Assembly (NCBI GenBank): GCA_041740935.1
Contig: JBGSLA010000009.1
Span: forward strand, 1-55,738
Direction: 5' to 3'
DNA length: 55,738 bases
Origin: Desulfobaccales bacterium
GTDB taxonomy: Bacteria; Desulfobacterota; Desulfobaccia; Desulfobaccales; 0-14-0-80-60-11
Part shown: positions 27,166-35,901 of the stretch, one piece after another
How the letters are laid out: every line of letters begins with the position of its first letter
Numbering within the stretch: position 1 is the first letter of the stretch
Translations under genes and position numbers: made by a program
The notes under the pieces: generated by a model
Told to the model about the DNA's origin: nothing
Seen by the model: the letters and a program-made list of their open reading frames with translations, nothing else
The model's database searches: none

Positions 27166-29509
27166 GATGCAAACCGTAACGGCGAATTTTGCTGTACAGG
27201 GTGCTGCGGCTTACCCTAAGACGCCGGGCCGCCTCGTGTTTGTTCCAGCCCACTTCCTTGAGCACCCTGAGGATCAGGAGGCGCTCGGTTTCGGCCAGGG
27301 AGGTGGGCAGGGCCTCTTCGCCGGTTTCTTTGAGGAAGCGGGGCAGATGCCGCCGGCGGATGTCCTCCCCCTGGGCCAGGATCACCGCGTGACTGACCGC
27401 GTTTTCCACTTGTCGTACATTGCCCGGCCAGTCAAAATCCATCAGGGTTTGCATGGCGTCCGTGGAGAACCGCAGGATGCGCTTGCCCTCTTTCAGATTG
27501 TATTTATCCAGGAAATGCTGACAGAGCAGCGGGATGTCCTCTTTGCGCTCCTGGAGGGACGGCAGGTTGACGGTGATGACATTCAGGCGATAGTAAAGAT
27601 CGTCCCGAAAACGACTCTCCTGCACCTCCCGGTAGAGGTCCTTGTTGGTGGCGGCCAACACCCGGACGTCCGACTCAATGGTGGCCTCCCCCCCCACCCG
27701 TTCAAAGCAGTGGTCCTGGAGGAAGCGTAACAGCAGAATCTGGGTGGCCGGGGGAATGTCGCCGATTTCGTCTAAAAACAGGGTGCCCCCCTGGGCCAAC
27801 TCGAACCGGCCTTTCTTGCGGCGGATGGCCCCGGTGAAGGCCCCCTTTTCATGACCGAACAGTTCGCTCTCCAACAGGGTCGGCGAATAGGCGGAGCAGT
27901 TGGCCACCACAAAGGGCCCCCGGCTGCGCTTGCTCTGGCGGTGAATGGAGCGGGCCACCAATTCCTTCCCGGTGCCGTTTTCCCCCATGATCAGCACGGT
28001 GGCGTCGGTGCGGGAGACCAGGTCGATGAGCTCGTATACCTCCTGCATCCTTTTGCTCTGCCCGATGATGTCCCCGAATTGGGTCTTGGCCGGGATGGGG
28101 GTGGGGCTCAAGGAAACCGTGGTCTCCTGGCGCATCAGATAGCGGAGATAAAAGGCCACCTGACCGAAAAAGGCCTGAAAAAAATTGAGCTCCTCCCGGG
28201 AATACCCCTGGGGCGTTTGGGAACCCAAGAGAAAAAAGCCCAGGCAAACTTGCTGGGTAAACAGGGGCAGCCCTAACCAGCTCGGATAAATCCGGGAGAT
28301 GACCTTGAAACAAGCCGGCATGGTCCCCCGGTCGGCATAGGTCACCGGGTGAGGCTCTTTTAGGTTGCCGATGTAGGTGACCAATTCACCCAGGAGCCCC
28401 ACTTTCTCCAGCCTGCGAAACAGGCGTTTCAGGGGCTCGGTGACCCGGTCGGAGCACTCGTCCAAAGGGAACAGGCGGGTTTTCTCGGGGTCCATCAGCA
28501 GAAACAGGAAATCGGACTGGGCAAACAGTTCGCCCAAAGTATCGTTCAAATATTGCACCAACTCGGGGATCGAATGCCGGGAATAGCGCTCCCGGGCGAT
28601 CTCGCAGAGCTTTGCCAACTGGGCCTGGGTTTTCTGCAGTTCCTGGGAACGGAAGGCCAGGGATTCTTCCATGCGCCGCCGGTCGGTGACGTCCCGCTCC
28701 AGGCAAATGACCAGATCGATCTCGCCCTGGCTGTCAAAATGGGGATACGCGGCAATCTGAAAGACGTAATCTTTGCTCTGGGAGGAGAAGCCCATGTCGG
28801 TCAACACCGGACGCTTGAGTCTGACGGCTTCCTGCACCGGGCACAGGTAGCCCTCTTCCTGGCACGGGGTCTCTTTGCTCCGCAGGACTTCGAAACAGCG
28901 CCGTTCCAGCACCGCTTCGGGCTTGCGGCCGATCCGGTTCAGAAAAGAGTCATTGGCCATGACCACGCGGCAGGTGGCGGGGTCGATGACCAGAAGATCA
29001 TCGGTGATGCTGTTGAAGACCGTATCCCGAAAATCTCTGGCAACCTTCAGTTCGGTTTCCAGTTCTTTCAGACGGGTGATGTCGGTGATGGCCCCCAGAT
29101 AACCCAACGCGGTGCCGTTTACCTGGAGGGGCGCCAGCGCCAGCCGTCCCACCCAGGAGCCCCCGTGCTCACCGTGAAAGTTCAGTTCGCAGGACTCCGG
29201 TCTCTCCTGGCCGTGGTGTGCAAGATACGTCTGGAACTCGGACAGTTCGGCGTCCCCCAAAAAATCCGCCAAAGACCGGCCCAGCAATTCCCCGGGATCG
29301 ATGCCCAACCTGGCGGTCAGCCAGGCATTGCTGAAAATGATCTGCGCCTGGGCATCCAACAGCACGATGCCCTCGGGGGCCAGGTCGATAATGGTGCGAA
29401 AGCAATCCAGAGAAACGCAGGATAATTCCCGGGGCAATGAAGCCAGAGGCACTTCCGGAGAGTCCGGGTGGGGCAGAAGGTGTATATCCTGGTGCCGGTC
29501 TGGGGACAT
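27155..29509 (-). CDS. sigma-54-dependent transcriptional activator with PAS-PAS-GAF sensory region
   Basis: AAA+ core GENGTGKELVARSIH, ESELFGHEKGAFTGA (GAFTGA), and C-terminal Fis-type HTH RVSRSTLYSKIRRYGL. The N-terminal ~450 aa has PAS-like and GAF-like segments. Confidence 0.9.
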   Translation of the reverse strand: MSPDRHQDIHLLPHPDSPEVPLASLPRELSCVSLDCFRTIIDLAPEGIVLLDAQAQIIFSNAWLTARLGIDPGELLGRSLADFLGDAELSEFQTYLAHHGQERPESCELNFHGEHGGSWVGRLALAPLQVNGTALGYLGAITDITRLKELETELKVARDFRDTVFNSITDDLLVIDPATCRVVMANDSFLNRIGRKPEAVLERRCFEVLRSKETPCQEEGYLCPVQEAVRLKRPVLTDMGFSSQSKDYVFQIAAYPHFDSQGEIDLVICLERDVTDRRRMEESLAFRSQELQKTQAQLAKLCEIARERYSRHSIPELVQYLNDTLGELFAQSDFLFLLMDPEKTRLFPLDECSDRVTEPLKRLFRRLEKVGLLGELVTYIGNLKEPHPVTYADRGTMPACFKVISRIYPSWLGLPLFTQQVCLGFFLLGSQTPQGYSREELNFFQAFFGQVAFYLRYLMRQETTVSLSPTPIPAKTQFGDIIGQSKRMQEVYELIDLVSRTDATVLIMGENGTGKELVARSIHRQSKRSRGPFVVANCSAYSPTLLESELFGHEKGAFTGAIRRKKGRFELAQGGTLFLDEIGDIPPATQILLLRFLQDHCFERVGGEATIESDVRVLAATNKDLYREVQESRFRDDLYYRLNVITVNLPSLQERKEDIPLLCQHFLDKYNLKEGKRILRFSTDAMQTLMDFDWPGNVRQVENAVSHAVILAQGEDIRRRHLPRFLKETGEEALPTSLAETERLLILRVLKEVGWNKHEAARRLRVSRSTLYSKIRRYGLHRTK

Positions 29510-29867
29510 CTTGCTCCTTTTCGGGTTAGGAGGGTGGAGGCCAGCTTGGTTTAGATATAGATACTACCAGGGTTTGAAGGAATGTCTGGTTTCTGCCTGC
29601 GTTGTCGTGAGGATTGCATCATAGGAGATGAAACGTTCAGAGTCAAGGGAAAATCACGCGGTGATGAATTTTTAGGGTCGGATTCTGGACAATGGGTATT
29701 TGGCCTGGCCAAAAGCTAACTGGATTCATGAGGTTGGCTGGGAACGATTCCTGGACAGAAATTTTTCCTCCCGGACCGGGCCGGGCCTCGGATGACCCGG
29801 GAAAAATTAGGGAGGCGCGGGAGAAAAGAAGTTGCCCAGAGGCTGCGTCGGCGCCGCCGGGGGGTTC

Positions 29868-29896
29868 TTGACAAGATAAACCGCCTAGATTATGGT
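29868..29896 (+). promoter_or_regulatory. candidate sigma-70 promoter of the export/methylation cluster
   Basis: TTGACA (29868-29873), 17-nt spacer, TATGGT (29891-29896). Confidence 0.45.
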
Positions 29897-29999
29897 AAAA
29901 AGCTTAGACAAACCCCGGTTTAAGCCCGGCGCCGCCCCGCCTGTCGCAGGAAGCGCCCGGGCCCAGACCAGAGAACCTTCAAACCGGTTTGACTTCATT

Positions 30000-30824
30000 A
30001 TGGGTCCCGACAGCCACCGCGCCAGTATTCCTGGTTTAGTCCGACTTTACTTACGGCACCGCCACCTGACCTGGGAGATGATCAAGCGTGATGTCATGGA
30101 CCGCTACGCCGGGCAGATGTTCGGGCCCTTCTGGACCATCGGCCATCCCCTGTTCCTGATGGTGATTTATGTGGTGGTCTTTACTTTTATTTTCTCCTTA
30201 AAGACTGACGGCTCCTATGACTTTCCCCTGGATTACCCCACCTATATTATAAGCGGCCTGATCCCCTGGATGGCCTTCCAGGAATCCATGACCAGGGGGA
30301 CCACCGCCATTTTGGCCAACGCCGACCTGGTGAAACAGGTGGTGTTTCCCCTGGAGATCCTGCCGGTTAAAACCATATTTTCCTCTTTGATCACCCAGGG
30401 CGTGGCCACCCTGTTTCTTATGGGTTACGTGTTGATCAAATATCACTATCTGCCCTGGACCTACAGTTTGCTGCCGATCCTGTGGTTTTTTCAATTCCTG
30501 GCCATGGCCGGCGTCGGGTTTTTTTTGGCCTCGGTGGGGGCCTATTTCCGGGATCTGAAAGATATCGTGCAGGTGTTCAGCATCGCCTGCCTGTATCTGA
30601 TTCCGGTGTTATTTCTGCCCATTTGGGTGCCCCGCTGGCTGCACCCGGTTTTTTACGCCAATCCCTTTAGTTATATGGTGTGGTGCTACCAGGATGCCTG
30701 TTACTTCGGCCGCTTTGCCCATCCCTGGGCCTGGCCGGTGTTCATTATTCTCAGCCTGGTAACGTTTGTGCTGGGCTATCGCACTTTTTATAAATTAAAG
30801 GTTATGTTCGGCAATGTCCTCTAA
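30000..30824 (+). CDS. wzm: ABC-2 type polysaccharide/polyol-phosphate export permease
   Basis: Six-TM ABC-2 profile (RDVMDRYAGQMFGPFWTIGHPLFLM...). ATG 30000 is preferred because ATG 29892 lies inside the putative -10 box. Confidence 0.8.
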   Translation: MGPDSHRASIPGLVRLYLRHRHLTWEMIKRDVMDRYAGQMFGPFWTIGHPLFLMVIYVVVFTFIFSLKTDGSYDFPLDYPTYIISGLIPWMAFQESMTRGTTAILANADLVKQVVFPLEILPVKTIFSSLITQGVATLFLMGYVLIKYHYLPWTYSLLPILWFFQFLAMAGVGFFLASVGAYFRDLKDIVQVFSIACLYLIPVLFLPIWVPRWLHPVFYANPFSYMVWCYQDACYFGRFAHPWAWPVFIILSLVTFVLGYRTFYKLKVMFGNVL

Positions 30825-31062
30825 TTATCGAAACAGATGGCGGCCAGGCCGATCCTCCGGGGGCCGCTCTCAGGCCCCGGGGGAACTTCGGAGTTCATAG
30901 AGAATTATTAAAATTCTCCCAGCTCCGTTCAGAATTGATATACTTTGGCTGGAGTGAACACCTGGTCTCCAAAATGAACGGCAAACACCTCAGTTACAGG
31001 GCCTGGTATCTTATCCTTAAAAAGACCAAGTCAATATAATTAAGTTTGGTTCACCTGGAGAG

Positions 31063-32025
31063 ATGGGGTCTATGGCTTTCCTGCAACGCGTGCTGGAAAT
31101 ATTTTTGTTTTCAAAACCCGACCACGAGCAACCTGCCGACCTCCCCCTGGCCCAGGCGCAGGTTCTGGAGGATTCCCCGGAAGACAAGGAGCCGGTGCAA
31201 CCGGCCAATTTGCGACCCCTGGACGCCGGCCCGGAGGCCCTGCAGCGGGATGTGGACTATGCTCTGGGGGGCGGGCGGATGTATCTGGCTATCCTGGCCG
31301 GGGAATTCCTCAAGGACAAAACGGTCCTGGAGATCGGCCCGGGGACCAACTTCGGCTTCCCTCTGATCATGGCCTGTCACGGGGCCAAGGTCATGGTGGC
31401 GGATAGATTTCTCACTCCCTGGGATGACAATTACCACCCCAAATTTTACAGCCAATTGCGGGATAGCCTCAAAAAGCACTGGGCCCTGATCGACACCACC
31501 CCCCTGGATCGGATCCTCTCAGTGAGCGACTATGCTCCCGAAAGCATCACGCTTTATTCCTCTGCCCTGGAGGAGCTTTCCGTAGTCCCGGACCAGAGCG
31601 TGGATGTGGTGATTTCCAATGCGGTTCTGGAACACGTCTACGATCTGCCCACAGCCTTTGCCCATCTGGCCCGGGTCACCAAACCCGGCGGCCTGGGCTT
31701 CCACCAGGTGGATTTTCGGGACCATCGGGATTTCTCCCGGCCCCTGGAGTTCCTCCTGTTTGAAGATCAGGAGTTTCGGGAGGAGTTCGATTACCGCCAG
31801 GGAGAATGCGGCAACCGCTGCCGGCCCCTGGAGATGCGGCAATTATTTGAGCAGGCCGGCTTTGACGTGAACATCTTTCATCCCAATATGTTTGCCGAAG
31901 AGGAGTATTTCGCCGAATTTCTGGAGCGCCTGCGCCAGGCCCCCGACTCCTGCTATTGTCAGTATCCTGCCGAAGATCTCTGCTTCATTTCAGGTCTGTT
32001 CGCGGTGGCCAGGAGGCCGGAGTAA
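31063..32025 (+). CDS. class I SAM-dependent methyltransferase (paralogue of 46140-47084)
   Basis: VLEIGPGTNFGFPLIMACHGAKVMVADRF (motif I), VDVVISNAVLEHVYD, TKPGGLGFHQVDFRDH. Confidence 0.8.
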   Translation: MGSMAFLQRVLEIFLFSKPDHEQPADLPLAQAQVLEDSPEDKEPVQPANLRPLDAGPEALQRDVDYALGGGRMYLAILAGEFLKDKTVLEIGPGTNFGFPLIMACHGAKVMVADRFLTPWDDNYHPKFYSQLRDSLKKHWALIDTTPLDRILSVSDYAPESITLYSSALEELSVVPDQSVDVVISNAVLEHVYDLPTAFAHLARVTKPGGLGFHQVDFRDHRDFSRPLEFLLFEDQEFREEFDYRQGECGNRCRPLEMRQLFEQAGFDVNIFHPNMFAEEEYFAEFLERLRQAPDSCYCQYPAEDLCFISGLFAVARRPE

Positions 32026-32076
32026 AAAATCATTTGCCAGGAACTCCTTAACAAAATTGGGGCCGGAATTTGTAAT

Positions 32077-33021
32077 GTGGAATTGACTGTGATAAATCCT
32101 CATTTCGATGAAAATATCGTTGTGTGGCAAGATGTCTATTCGGGTAAATATCAGCCGGTTAATTATGATATTCAATTTGATGATGAGTGGAAATTTTTCT
32201 TAGAGAAGAAGATCGGTTTTTTTAAACATACTGGTGTAGAAATTGATGATAAATGGATTAATGACCGGATATCCGAGTTAACCGGCATGAAACATTATAT
32301 AGAAACAAAAAAATATGGGCAGTTTTTGGGTAGATATATTTTTAATTTAAAGCAATATTTTGGCGACAGCGAACAAAGACGTAATATCGGCGGACGTTTG
32401 TTATTAGAGCCGAAATTTCCATTTGACCACTTTCAGGGGAAAAGGAGTTTGGATATCGGCTGTGGCGCCGGACGCTGGACCAAAACCTTGATGCTTCTGG
32501 GGGCCAAGGTAAAATCAGTAGACGTCTCGGAACATGCTCTGATCTCTACGAAACGCATAAATAATGATGTTGAATATTTAAATCTTTTTGACATAATTAA
32601 GAGCCGGCCTGATCTTCATGAGTCTTTCGATTTTACCATGTGCTGGGGGGTGGTTCAGCATACCCATGACCCCAAACTGGCTTTTGAAAATGTCGCCAAA
32701 ACCTTAGCCTCTCATGGAGAGCTCTATACGATGATTTATGCCCCCGGCCAACACGATTCAGAAACAATTATGAATCAACGAAAACACTTTCATAAAAATT
32801 TAACAACTATCGAAGACAAGCTGCAGTATGCCTACGACATATCGGATTGCCCGGAAAATTGTATTAATCAATTTGATATGTTAAATACATTTTATAATTG
32901 GGTGGTTCCTGAAGAAGTGATTTATAAGTGGTATCGGCAAAACGGGTTTGAGAATATTATTACACTGAACGCACATCAAAAAGAAAAAAGTGCGTTTCAT
33001 CTTGTCGGGAAAAAATTATAG
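32077..33021 (+). CDS. class I SAM-dependent methyltransferase (AT-rich gene)
   Basis: SLDIGCGAGRWTKTLMLLGAKVKSVDVSEHAL; FDFTMCWGVVQHTHDP. GTG start is uncertain. Confidence 0.75.
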   Translation: MELTVINPHFDENIVVWQDVYSGKYQPVNYDIQFDDEWKFFLEKKIGFFKHTGVEIDDKWINDRISELTGMKHYIETKKYGQFLGRYIFNLKQYFGDSEQRRNIGGRLLLEPKFPFDHFQGKRSLDIGCGAGRWTKTLMLLGAKVKSVDVSEHALISTKRINNDVEYLNLFDIIKSRPDLHESFDFTMCWGVVQHTHDPKLAFENVAKTLASHGELYTMIYAPGQHDSETIMNQRKHFHKNLTTIEDKLQYAYDISDCPENCINQFDMLNTFYNWVVPEEVIYKWYRQNGFENIITLNAHQKEKSAFHLVGKKL

Positions 33022-33105
33022 AAATGAGCAAAGCTAAGTTAAGGTCTTTGACGTTTTATGTATTCGCCAAGCGCACATGAAGTTGGTAAATGCTGCATAA
33101 GTACC

Positions 33106-34416
33106 ATGGCAAACGATATCGCTATCGAGGTAAAAAACCTCTCGAAAATATTCAAGATATACCACCGGCCGTCGGATCTGGCCTGGGAGATCATCCGGGG
33201 CAAGCCGAGACATCGGGAGTTTTGCGCCCTGCATGATGTTTCCTTTGAGGTGAAACGGGGCGAGGTGGTGGGCTTCATCGGCCGCAACGGCGCCGGTAAA
33301 AGCACCCTGCTGAAGATCCTGGCGGGCACCCTGGACAAAACCAGTGGCGAGGTGGCGGTCAACGGCACCCTGTCGGCCATCCTGGAGTTGGGCTCGGGTT
33401 TTAACAAGGAATACACCGGCCGGCAGAACATCCAGATGGGGGGCCTGTGCCTGGGCATGAGCCGCAAGGAGATCGAGGCCAAGACCGACTGGATCATTGC
33501 CTTCAGCGAATTGGCGGAATTTATCGACCAGCCCTTCAAAACCTATTCCTCCGGGATGCAGGCCCGCCTCACCTTCGCCACCGCCGCGGCGGTGGAGCCG
33601 GATATCCTGATTATTGATGAAGCCCTGTCGGTGGGGGACGCCCGCTTTCGGCTGAAATGCTTTTCCCATCTGCGCAATCTGAGCGCCAAGGGCACCACCA
33701 TCCTCATGGTGTCCCACGACACCAATGCCGTCACCTCCACCTGCAACCGGGCCGTTTTCCTGGAAAAGGGGGGGATTGTGGAGATCGGCCCGCCCCAGGA
33801 AGTCACCGCCCACTACTTGAGATTTCTTTACGGCATGAATAACGCCTCCCAGGAGGCCCCCACACCTGACCAGGAGGCCGCGGCGGACGAGGTCGGGTTT
33901 GGAGGGGAGCAGGCGCCCACCACCGTTGGGGCACCGGCGCCCGAGGCGCTGCGGCCCGACTCCGGGAGCACCCGTCAGGCGGAAATCCGCGCTCTGGTCA
34001 TTGTCGATGAAGCCGGCCAGGTGGTAAACCGGCTAAGGGTGGGAGGCTCGTATCGCCTGGTCATGGAGGTGCAGTTTTATCAGCCGGTGGCCGCGCCCAC
34101 GGTGGGTTTTCTCATCCGCGACCAACAGGGCGTTGAGCTGTTCGGCACCAACACGGAGCTTTTGGGCCTTGAGCTGCCAGCCGGTCAGGCCGGCTCGCGC
34201 TATGAATACAGCCTGAGCGTGGTGATGAATATGGTCAACGGGCCGTTTTTTCTCACCGGCGCCATAAGCGCCAAGGATGCCGACGGCTCCTGGACCCACC
34301 TGGACAGCTGCTATGACAACCTTCCTTTTGAGGTGATTCACCAACCGAAAACCGTGCATGACGCCTCGGTGGTAAATTTAAATCCAATATTCAGCTTTGC
34401 AGCGAGGAATACTTGA
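33106..34416 (+). CDS. wzt: ABC exporter ATP-binding protein with C-terminal extension (Wzt-like)
   Basis: Walker A GRNGAGKST, signature YSSGMQARL, Walker B ILIIDEALS, plus a ~150-aa beta-rich C-terminal domain after an Ala/Pro/Glu linker. Confidence 0.85.
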   Translation: MANDIAIEVKNLSKIFKIYHRPSDLAWEIIRGKPRHREFCALHDVSFEVKRGEVVGFIGRNGAGKSTLLKILAGTLDKTSGEVAVNGTLSAILELGSGFNKEYTGRQNIQMGGLCLGMSRKEIEAKTDWIIAFSELAEFIDQPFKTYSSGMQARLTFATAAAVEPDILIIDEALSVGDARFRLKCFSHLRNLSAKGTTILMVSHDTNAVTSTCNRAVFLEKGGIVEIGPPQEVTAHYLRFLYGMNNASQEAPTPDQEAAADEVGFGGEQAPTTVGAPAPEALRPDSGSTRQAEIRALVIVDEAGQVVNRLRVGGSYRLVMEVQFYQPVAAPTVGFLIRDQQGVELFGTNTELLGLELPAGQAGSRYEYSLSVVMNMVNGPFFLTGAISAKDADGSWTHLDSCYDNLPFEVIHQPKTVHDASVVNLNPIFSFAARNT

Positions 34417-35846
34417 TGGAAACCGCCCCGAAATTAAGTCTCGGAGATGACCAGGTAAAGATTGTTTTCATACCCGAACAGGACGAACCGCAGCCTCATG
34501 GCGTAATTCCCCAAAAGATTCAAGGTGTTCTGAACGCCTTGACCTCCTGGTTCAAAGGGGGCGGCGCCACCGGCCGCATCCCGGGGCTGGATGACAGCAT
34601 CAGGCCGGAGCATTATGCCGACACCCTGGTCGCGGTCCATACCCATGAGTTAACCCCGCTGCAGCGCGACATCCTCCAGCGCAATATTCCAGTGCCGGAA
34701 ATCATGCGGGGCGCGGTGGCCAGCTTTGACGTGGATAATATCTCTGATGACTATTCCATCGATTTTTTGATCCATTGCGCCATTCCCAATGTGGTGCTGC
34801 TCCGCCTGGATACCTATATCCGCCTGAGGCAGCAGCATATTCCGGTGAAAACCGGCGATGCCCCGGACCGTCTGGCCATCCGGATGAATGATTTTGATAC
34901 CTGGAGATACTGTCTGGACGGCCGGGAATACTTCCAGTACGTGGCGCTGGCCACCGAAATCTGCAATTATCACTGTGTGATGTGCCCCTTTCACAGCAAA
35001 AGTGAACAATGGGTCTTTCAGCAGATCCGCCGGCCCCAGAACCGCAGGGTGCATCTGACCCCGGACCTGCTGGAGGAGTTCCTGCGGGGTCTGCCCCCCA
35101 AGACCGTGCGCCTGGGGGCCAACGGCGAACCCTTTCTCAACCCCCAGATTTTCGAGCTCATCGCCCTGGTGAAGGAAAAGGGCCATCAGATCTGCGTCCA
35201 GACCAACGGCAGCTTTCTCACCCCGGAAGTCTTGCACCGCCTGGCGGAGCTCCAGGTGGACCAGTTCAACTTCGGCATGGAAGGCATCACCCCCGAAACC
35301 TACGGGGCGATTCGCCAGGGGGGCGACCTGAACAAAATTGTCGCCACCCTGGAAAACATCCGCCGCCTGCGGGACCAGGGCAAGGCCCATTGGACGGCTT
35401 CCATCAATTATCTTGAATTGCCCGAACTCCCCTTTACCCGTCAGCAGGTGGCCGATTTTTACCGGGGCAAGGTGGACGTGGTGAATTTTTGCCGCTCCTT
35501 CTGCGACCCGCCCACGGAACACACCTTCACCGACCAGGAAGTGGAGGCCAGCATTCGGACCCTCCCCGGCTACTGCTACACCACCCTGCACGGGCCGGTG
35601 CTGGGGCCCCGGGGACATATTCTGCCCTGCGGCCTGGCCAGCAATTGTGAGTGGTTTGAGGATTTGCACTGGACTTTCAGGATTCAGGACCTGCCCCTGG
35701 CTGAAATCAATGAACGCTATAAAGCCGCGCTTCAGGACGATACCTCGGACATGCGGCAGCTCTGTAAAAGATGCACCTTCTGGTCCCACGCCTATCGTCA
35801 GAAAGGCACCCTGACCAGCACCTATTACCATGAAGAAATTCTGTAA
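34416..35846 (+). CDS. radical SAM protein with unique ~190-aa N-terminal domain and Cys-rich C-terminus
   Basis: CNYHCVMC (CxxxCxxC), GANGEPFLNP, and C-terminal Cys motifs (CRSFC, CYTT...PCGL..NC, CKRC). The ATG overlaps the wzt stop (TGATG). Confidence 0.8.
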   Translation: METAPKLSLGDDQVKIVFIPEQDEPQPHGVIPQKIQGVLNALTSWFKGGGATGRIPGLDDSIRPEHYADTLVAVHTHELTPLQRDILQRNIPVPEIMRGAVASFDVDNISDDYSIDFLIHCAIPNVVLLRLDTYIRLRQQHIPVKTGDAPDRLAIRMNDFDTWRYCLDGREYFQYVALATEICNYHCVMCPFHSKSEQWVFQQIRRPQNRRVHLTPDLLEEFLRGLPPKTVRLGANGEPFLNPQIFELIALVKEKGHQICVQTNGSFLTPEVLHRLAELQVDQFNFGMEGITPETYGAIRQGGDLNKIVATLENIRRLRDQGKAHWTASINYLELPELPFTRQQVADFYRGKVDVVNFCRSFCDPPTEHTFTDQEVEASIRTLPGYCYTTLHGPVLGPRGHILPCGLASNCEWFEDLHWTFRIQDLPLAEINERYKAALQDDTSDMRQLCKRCTFWSHAYRQKGTLTSTYYHEEIL

Positions 35847-35901
35847 AATCCAAAGGCTTCAGGACCTAAGCAGAAAAATCAGGATTGGATGATTACCGTT
35901 C

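Noticed and set aside
29892-29999. 108-nt N-terminal extension of wzm (ATG 29892)
   Set aside because: The ATG lies inside the putative -10 hexamer. The extension is Ala/Pro/Arg-rich and would precede a normal-length ABC-2 permease starting at ATG 30000. This is not proven, and neither start has a strong SD.
30974-31039. 21-codon ORF (MNGKHLSYRAWYLILKKTKSI) between wzm and the first methyltransferase, considered as a precursor peptide for the radical SAM enzymes
   Set aside because: It has no Shine-Dalgarno sequence, no Cys/Ser/Thr-rich core, lies 3.4 kb from the rSAM genes, and there is no evidence of conservation.
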